Shown here piece after piece: positions 58,645 through 64,000 of a DNA stretch of 64,000 nucleotides (within the stretch, counting starts at the first letter, position 1; every line of letters begins with the position of its first letter). Below the pieces are notes generated by a model, which did not search any database, was not told where the DNA came from, and was given only the letters and a program-made list of their open reading frames with translations. The translations under genes and the position numbers were made by a program. The DNA comes from an uncultured Chloroflexia bacterium (lineage in GTDB: Bacteria > Chloroflexota > Limnocylindria > Limnocylindrales > CSP1-4): assembly GCA_963764785.1 (NCBI GenBank), contig CAVXTU010000004.1, positions 340,566 through 404,565 on the forward strand, written 5' to 3'.

Positions 58645-59316
58645 CTAGGCCCCTCCCCCGGCCGTGACGGCCTCGTTGGGAGCGGTCTTCTCGGGGATGA
58701 TATCGCCACGATAGATCCAGACCTTGACGCCGATGGCGCCGTAGGTCGTCCGCGAGAGTACCTGGCCGTAGCTGATGTCGGCACGCAGCGTGCCCAGCGG
58801 GATGCGGCCTTCCTTGTCCCACTCGCGGCGAGCCATCTCGGAGCCGCCGAGGCGACCGGAGACCTGGACCTTCACGCCCTTGGCGCCGGCTTTCATGGTG
58901 CGCTGGATGGACTGCTTGATGGCCTTGCGGAAGGCGATACGGCGGGTCAGCTGCTGGGCGATGTTGGTCGCCACCAGGACACCGTCGAGCTCCGGCTGGC
59001 GAATCTCACGGATCTCCAGCTTGACCTTGCGATCGGTCAGCTTGCCGACAGCCTGGCGCAACGATTCGACGTTGGCGCCGCCTTTGCCGATGACGATGCC
59101 CGGCTTGGCCGTGTGCACGGTGACCGTGACGTGGTTGATGCCGCGCTCGATCTCCACCAGCGAGACGCTGGCATTGGCGAGGCGCTTCTTGACGAGCGTG
59201 CGGATGGAGATGTCCTCGCGCAGCAGCTCGGTGTACTCCTTGTCGGAGTACCACTTGGCATTCCAGGTGCGCGAAACGCCCAGCCGGAAGCCGTTGGGGT
59301 GGACCTTGTGTCCCAT
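58645..59316 (-). CDS. rpsC: 30S ribosomal protein S3
   Basis: Inner start [23 protein letters not shown] at 59316. KH domain [10 protein letters not shown]. Confidence 0.96.
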   Translation of the reverse strand: MGHKVHPNGFRLGVSRTWNAKWYSDKEYTELLREDISIRTLVKKRLANASVSLVEIERGINHVTVTVHTAKPGIVIGKGGANVESLRQAVGKLTDRKVKLEIREIRQPELDGVLVATNIAQQLTRRIAFRKAIKQSIQRTMKAGAKGVKVQVSGRLGGSEMARREWDKEGRIPLGTLRADISYGQVLSRTTYGAIGVKVWIYRGDIIPEKTAPNEAVTAGGGA

Positions 59317-59320
59317 GCCG

Positions 59321-59659
59321 CTAAGCCTCCCGGTTCTCGACCACGACCGTGACATGGGTCATGGGCTTGTTGATGGGGAATGCGCGTCCCTGGGCGCGTG
59401 GTCGCCAGCGCTTGATGGTGGGTCCCTCATCGGCAGTGGCCTCGGCGACGACGAGATCGTCGGCGGCGAGGTCGTGGTTGTTCTCGGCATTGGCTGTGGC
59501 GCTCTTGAGCACCTTGGCCACATCTCGTGCCGCGCCTTGTGGCATGAACTGCAGCAATGCCGCAGCTTCCTCCACGGGCCGTCCCACGATGGCCTGCGTG
59601 ACCAAGCGGGTCTTGCGGGTGGAACGGCGGATGTACCTGGCAGTCGCGGAAACTCGCAT
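59321..59659 (-). CDS. rplV: 50S ribosomal protein L22
   Basis: 112-aa ORF with [14 protein letters not shown]...[29 protein letters not shown]. Confidence 0.97.
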   Translation of the reverse strand: MRVSATARYIRRSTRKTRLVTQAIVGRPVEEAAALLQFMPQGAARDVAKVLKSATANAENNHDLAADDLVVAEATADEGPTIKRWRPRAQGRAFPINKPMTHVTVVVENREA

Positions 59660-59665
59660 CCGGCC

Positions 59666-59950
59666 CTACTTCAGCGCCGACGACCGCTCGGTGTGACGCC
59701 CGTGCCCGCGGTAGTTGCGGGTGGGAGCGAACTCACCAAGTCGGTGGCCGACCATGTTCTCGGAGATGAACACAGGGATGTGCTTCTTGCCGTTGTACAC
59801 CGCGATGGTGTGGCCGATGAAGTCGGGGAAGATGACGCTGGCACGCGACCATGTCTTCAGCACCTGCTTCTCGTTCTTGCTGTTCATGGTCTGCACGCGG
59901 GCCAGGAGCCGCTGCTCCACGAACGGTCCCTTCTTTAGGGAACGTGACAC
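59666..59950 (-). CDS. rpsS: 30S ribosomal protein S19
   Basis: 94-aa [19 protein letters not shown]...[15 protein letters not shown]. Confidence 0.98.
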   Translation of the reverse strand: MSRSLKKGPFVEQRLLARVQTMNSKNEKQVLKTWSRASVIFPDFIGHTIAVYNGKKHIPVFISENMVGHRLGEFAPTRNYRGHGRHTERSSALK

Positions 59951-59965
59951 GACGCTCCTCCTTGC

Positions 59966-60793
59966 CTACTTGCGATGCCGAGAGGTCGCGATGAGCCTCC
60001 CGGTGTTCTTGTTGCGACGGGTTCGATGGCCCATGGCCGGCTTGCCCCATGGCGTCTTGGGCGGCATGCCCGTGGGCGACTTGCCCTCGCCACCACCGTG
60101 GGGATGGTCCCTGGGGTTCATGACCACGCCGCGGACCTCGGGCCGCTTGCCCAGGTGACGAGCGCGACCGGCCTTGCCCAGGCTCTGGTTCTCATGATCG
60201 ATGTTGCCGACCTGGCCGACGGTGGCCATGCAGCGCATGTCCACGCGGCGGACCTCGCCAGAGGGCAGGCGCACCAGGGCCTGGCTGCCCTCCTTGGCCA
60301 TCAGCTGGGCTGAGGTGCCCGCGGAGCGGACGATCTGACCACCCTTGCCGGGGATCAGCTCGATGTTGTGCAGCATGGTGCCCAGCGGGATGGATCGCAG
60401 CGGCAAGGCGTTGCCGACCCGCGCCTCTGCCTTGCTGCCAGCGATGACGGTGTCACCGACCTGCAGGCCGACCGGCACGAGGATGTAGCGCTTCTCGCCA
60501 TCGGCATAGTGCAGGAGGCCGATACGCGCGGAGCGATTGGGATCGTACTCGATGGTGGCCAGCTTGGCGGGCACGTCGAACTTATCGCGTCGGAAATCGA
60601 TCCGGCGATAGTTGCGCTTGGCGCCGCCGCCGCGATGGCGAACGGTCATGCGGCCCTGGGAATTGCGGCCCGAACCGCGCTTCTTGGACTCCACCAGCGG
60701 TTTGTGCGGCTTGTCGGTCGTGATCTCCTCGAAGGTCGACCGCGTCATGAAGCGGCGGCCCGGTGAGGTCGGCTTGTACCCTCTGATCGGCAT
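59966..60793 (-). CDS. rplB: 50S ribosomal protein L2
   Basis: 275-aa ORF with [16 protein letters not shown] and [16 protein letters not shown]. Confidence 0.98.
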   Translation of the reverse strand: MPIRGYKPTSPGRRFMTRSTFEEITTDKPHKPLVESKKRGSGRNSQGRMTVRHRGGGAKRNYRRIDFRRDKFDVPAKLATIEYDPNRSARIGLLHYADGEKRYILVPVGLQVGDTVIAGSKAEARVGNALPLRSIPLGTMLHNIELIPGKGGQIVRSAGTSAQLMAKEGSQALVRLPSGEVRRVDMRCMATVGQVGNIDHENQSLGKAGRARHLGKRPEVRGVVMNPRDHPHGGGEGKSPTGMPPKTPWGKPAMGHRTRRNKNTGRLIATSRHRK

Positions 60794-60795
60794 CG

Positions 60796-61098
60796 TCAGA
60801 CCCCCTCGAAGAACTCGATCGAGTCGCCGGCCTTGACGGTCACGACGGCCTTCTTCCAGGGCGACGTGTAACCGGACTGACGCCCGCGGCGGCGATTGCG
60901 GGACTTCTCCTTGGCCTTCGTGTTCAGCACGTTCACGGTGATCACGGTGACCTTGAAGAGCTCTTCCACGGCCGCCTTGATCTGCAGCTTGTTGGCGCCA
61001 TCGGCGACCGCGAAGGTGTATTTGCTGGCGTTGGTCTGGTCCATCGACTTCTCGCTGATGACCGGCCGCAGGATGATCTGCGTAGCTGTGAGCGTCAT
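60796..61098 (-). CDS. rplW: 50S ribosomal protein L23
   Basis: 100-aa ORF with [13 protein letters not shown]...[23 protein letters not shown]. Confidence 0.96.
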   Translation of the reverse strand: MTLTATQIILRPVISEKSMDQTNASKYTFAVADGANKLQIKAAVEELFKVTVITVNVLNTKAKEKSRNRRRGRQSGYTSPWKKAVVTVKAGDSIEFFEGV

Positions 61099-61718
61099 GC
61101 GTACACCTCCGACATGGTCGAGATCGACGGGGCGGTGATGACGATGGCGTCGGCGTCGAGGACGTCCACGATGTTCAGCGAGTCGGCACGGATGACGACG
61201 AGCCCGGGCACGTTGCGAGCGGAAAGCTCGAGCGCCTCGTTCTTGCCGTCCTCGACGACCAGCACCTTGCCGCTGGCCTGCAGGGCACCGAGGTGACCCA
61301 ACAGCGACTTGGTCTTGATCTCATCGAGCATGAGGTCGTCGACGATCTTGATGACGCCGTCACCGAACTTGCTGCTGAGCGCGCCGACCAGCGCCAGGCG
61401 GCGCATCCGCTTGGGCATGCGCTTGTCGTACTTGCGCGGCGAGGGACCAAAGACCACGCCACCCCCGGCGTAATGCGGCGCCGAGCGGGTGCCCTGGCGC
61501 GCGCGGCCCGTGCCTTTCTGGCGATACGGCTTGCGACCACCGCCACGGACCTCGGCACGCGTCTTGGTCTTGGCCGTGCCAGTGCGTCGTCCGGCCAGCT
61601 GCGCGACCACCGCCTGGTGCATCACGGCGATATTGACGGGAGCGGCGAAGAGTGCATCCGGCAGATCGATGGTGCCCGACTCGGAGCCCGACTTGTCAAA
61701 GAGTGGTGTCGTCGGCAT
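61095..61718 (-). CDS. rplD: 50S ribosomal protein L4
   Basis: 207-aa ORF with [32 protein letters not shown]. Confidence 0.97.
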   Translation of the reverse strand: MPTTPLFDKSGSESGTIDLPDALFAAPVNIAVMHQAVVAQLAGRRTGTAKTKTRAEVRGGGRKPYRQKGTGRARQGTRSAPHYAGGGVVFGPSPRKYDKRMPKRMRRLALVGALSSKFGDGVIKIVDDLMLDEIKTKSLLGHLGALQASGKVLVVEDGKNEALELSARNVPGLVVIRADSLNIVDVLDADAIVITAPSISTMSEVYA

Positions 61719-61720
61719 GG

Positions 61721-62329
61721 CTATGACTTCCTGACCACGATGAGCGCGTTGCGGGCACCTGGGACCGGGCCCTTGACGAGCAGCAGATTGCGCTCGGCAT
61801 CGGTGCGCACGATGGTGGCGTGCTTTACGGTGGTCCGCTCGTGGCCCATATGGCCCGCCATCGGCGTGCCTTTGAAGACCTTGCCCGGATAGGTGCCGCC
61901 ACCGATCGAGCCCGGTGCTCGATGCGAGTCGGATCCGTGCGTCTCCGGCCCGCGGCGGAAGTGGTGGCGCTTGATGGTGCCCGCGAAACCCTTGCCCTTG
62001 GAGGTTCCGGTGATGTCCACGGACTCACCTTCCTCGAAGAGGCCCACGTCGAGGGTCTGGCCGACCGTGTAGCCGGACACGTCATCGACGCGGAACTCGC
62101 GTACATCGCGCACCCGCGGCAGGTCCTTGAGCTGGCCGAGCCGGGGCTTGGTCAGTTTCCTGGCCGTGCCGGCGCCGACCTGGACGGCACTGTAGCCGTC
62201 CCGTTCGAGCGTGCGCAGGTCGGTGACGGTATTGGGTTCGACGGCCACCACCGAGACCGGCACCATGGTGCCGTCCTCTGCGAAGACCTGGGTCATGCCG
62301 ACCTTGCGGCCGATGATTCCGATAGACAC
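61721..62329 (-). CDS. rplC: 50S ribosomal protein L3
   Basis: 202-aa ORF with [12 protein letters not shown] and [17 protein letters not shown]. Confidence 0.97.
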   Translation of the reverse strand: MSIGIIGRKVGMTQVFAEDGTMVPVSVVAVEPNTVTDLRTLERDGYSAVQVGAGTARKLTKPRLGQLKDLPRVRDVREFRVDDVSGYTVGQTLDVGLFEEGESVDITGTSKGKGFAGTIKRHHFRRGPETHGSDSHRAPGSIGGGTYPGKVFKGTPMAGHMGHERTTVKHATIVRTDAERNLLLVKGPVPGARNALIVVRKS

Positions 62330-62331
62330 GA

Positions 62332-62640
62332 TTACATCCTGATCTCGATGTCGACGCCCGCCGCGAGCGAGAGCCGCATCAGGGCATCCACGGTCTTGGA
62401 CGAGGGGTCCAGGATGTCGATGAGCCGCTTGTGTGTGCGGATCTCGAACTGCTCCCGACTGTCCTTGTCGATGAACGGTGAACGCAGGACCGTGAATTTT
62501 TCGATGCGCGTCGGCAGCGGGACCGGGCCGACAACCTCAGCGCCGGTTCGCTGGGCCGTCTCCACGATCTGGAGCGCGGACTGATCCAGCAGCCGGTGAT
62601 CGTATGCCTTCAGGCGGATCCGGATCCGCTGCCGTGCCAT
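62332..62640 (-). CDS. rpsJ: 30S ribosomal protein S10
   Basis: 102-aa ORF with [17 protein letters not shown]...GPVPLPT. Confidence 0.98.
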   Translation of the reverse strand: MARQRIRIRLKAYDHRLLDQSALQIVETAQRTGAEVVGPVPLPTRIEKFTVLRSPFIDKDSREQFEIRTHKRLIDILDPSSKTVDALMRLSLAAGVDIEIRM

Positions 62641-62643
62641 CGT

Positions 62644-63840
<1,197 letters not shown>

Positions 63841-63921
63841 TGCCGTCGTCCTCTACTACGTCCTTGACTATTTGTGTGCGCTGGGTTGCAGGCTTGTTCT
63901 GTACAAAGTGGTCGCCGCTGC

Positions 63922-64000
63922 CTAGCCCTGGGCCTTCTGGACCAGCTCGGTCGCGATGGAGTTGGGGACCTGGGAGTAGTGCGAGAACTCCATCGAGGAG
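63922..64000 (-). CDS. fusA: translation elongation factor G, 3' end only (rest outside window)
   Basis: Hand translation of the minus strand gives ...SSMEFSHYSQVPNSIATELVQKAQG, with the stop at 63922-63924. This is the typical EF-G C-terminus in the expected position upstream of tuf. Confidence 0.85.
   Translation of the reverse strand, partial: SSMEFSHYSQVPNSIATELVQKAQG

Overview
High-G+C bacterial chromosomal segment, almost fully coding. No rRNA, tRNA, CRISPR array, transposase or integrase was recognised by eye. There are four blocks. (1) 1-7.4 kb holds housekeeping genes: a gltD-like gene, glyQS, recO, a polyprenyl synthase, a CNNM/CBS protein and glmU. (2) 7.6-28.9 kb is an accessory catabolic island. 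It has a GntR/FCD regulator, a BMP-family ABC importer and a xanthine-dehydrogenase-family molybdenum hydroxylase whose subunit genes are split between the two strands. It also has an LLM flavin oxidoreductase, an M29/NicX-like protein, a cupin, a class II aldolase, two paralogous class V aminotransferases, an M20 hydrolase and several redox enzymes. A near-identical 19-bp palindrome sits in front of both the regulator/transporter locus and the distal minus-strand operon. (3) 29.2-45 kb is a long minus-strand run of coupled genes: ridA, ispE, rsmA, tsaD, rimI, tsaB, tsaE, three uncharacterised genes, nnrD, acpS, glmS, glmM, cdaR, cdaA and a TPR protein. (4) 45-64 kb is the complete ribosomal-protein supercluster on the minus strand, from rpsI-rplM back to rpsJ-tuf and the 3' end of fusA. 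The best candidate for new biology is the three-gene module at 34.2-37.2 kb: a small acidic protein, a GlmL-like ASKHA protein with degenerate ATP-binding motifs, and a barrel-sandwich protein. It is preceded by a 264-nt structured leader and embedded in the t6A operon. A major caveat is that at least 12 genes, including essential secY, glmS, glmU and rplO, need frame changes to read through. This points to indel errors in the assembly rather than real pseudogenes. All family assignments come from motif recognition by eye, since no searches could be run.
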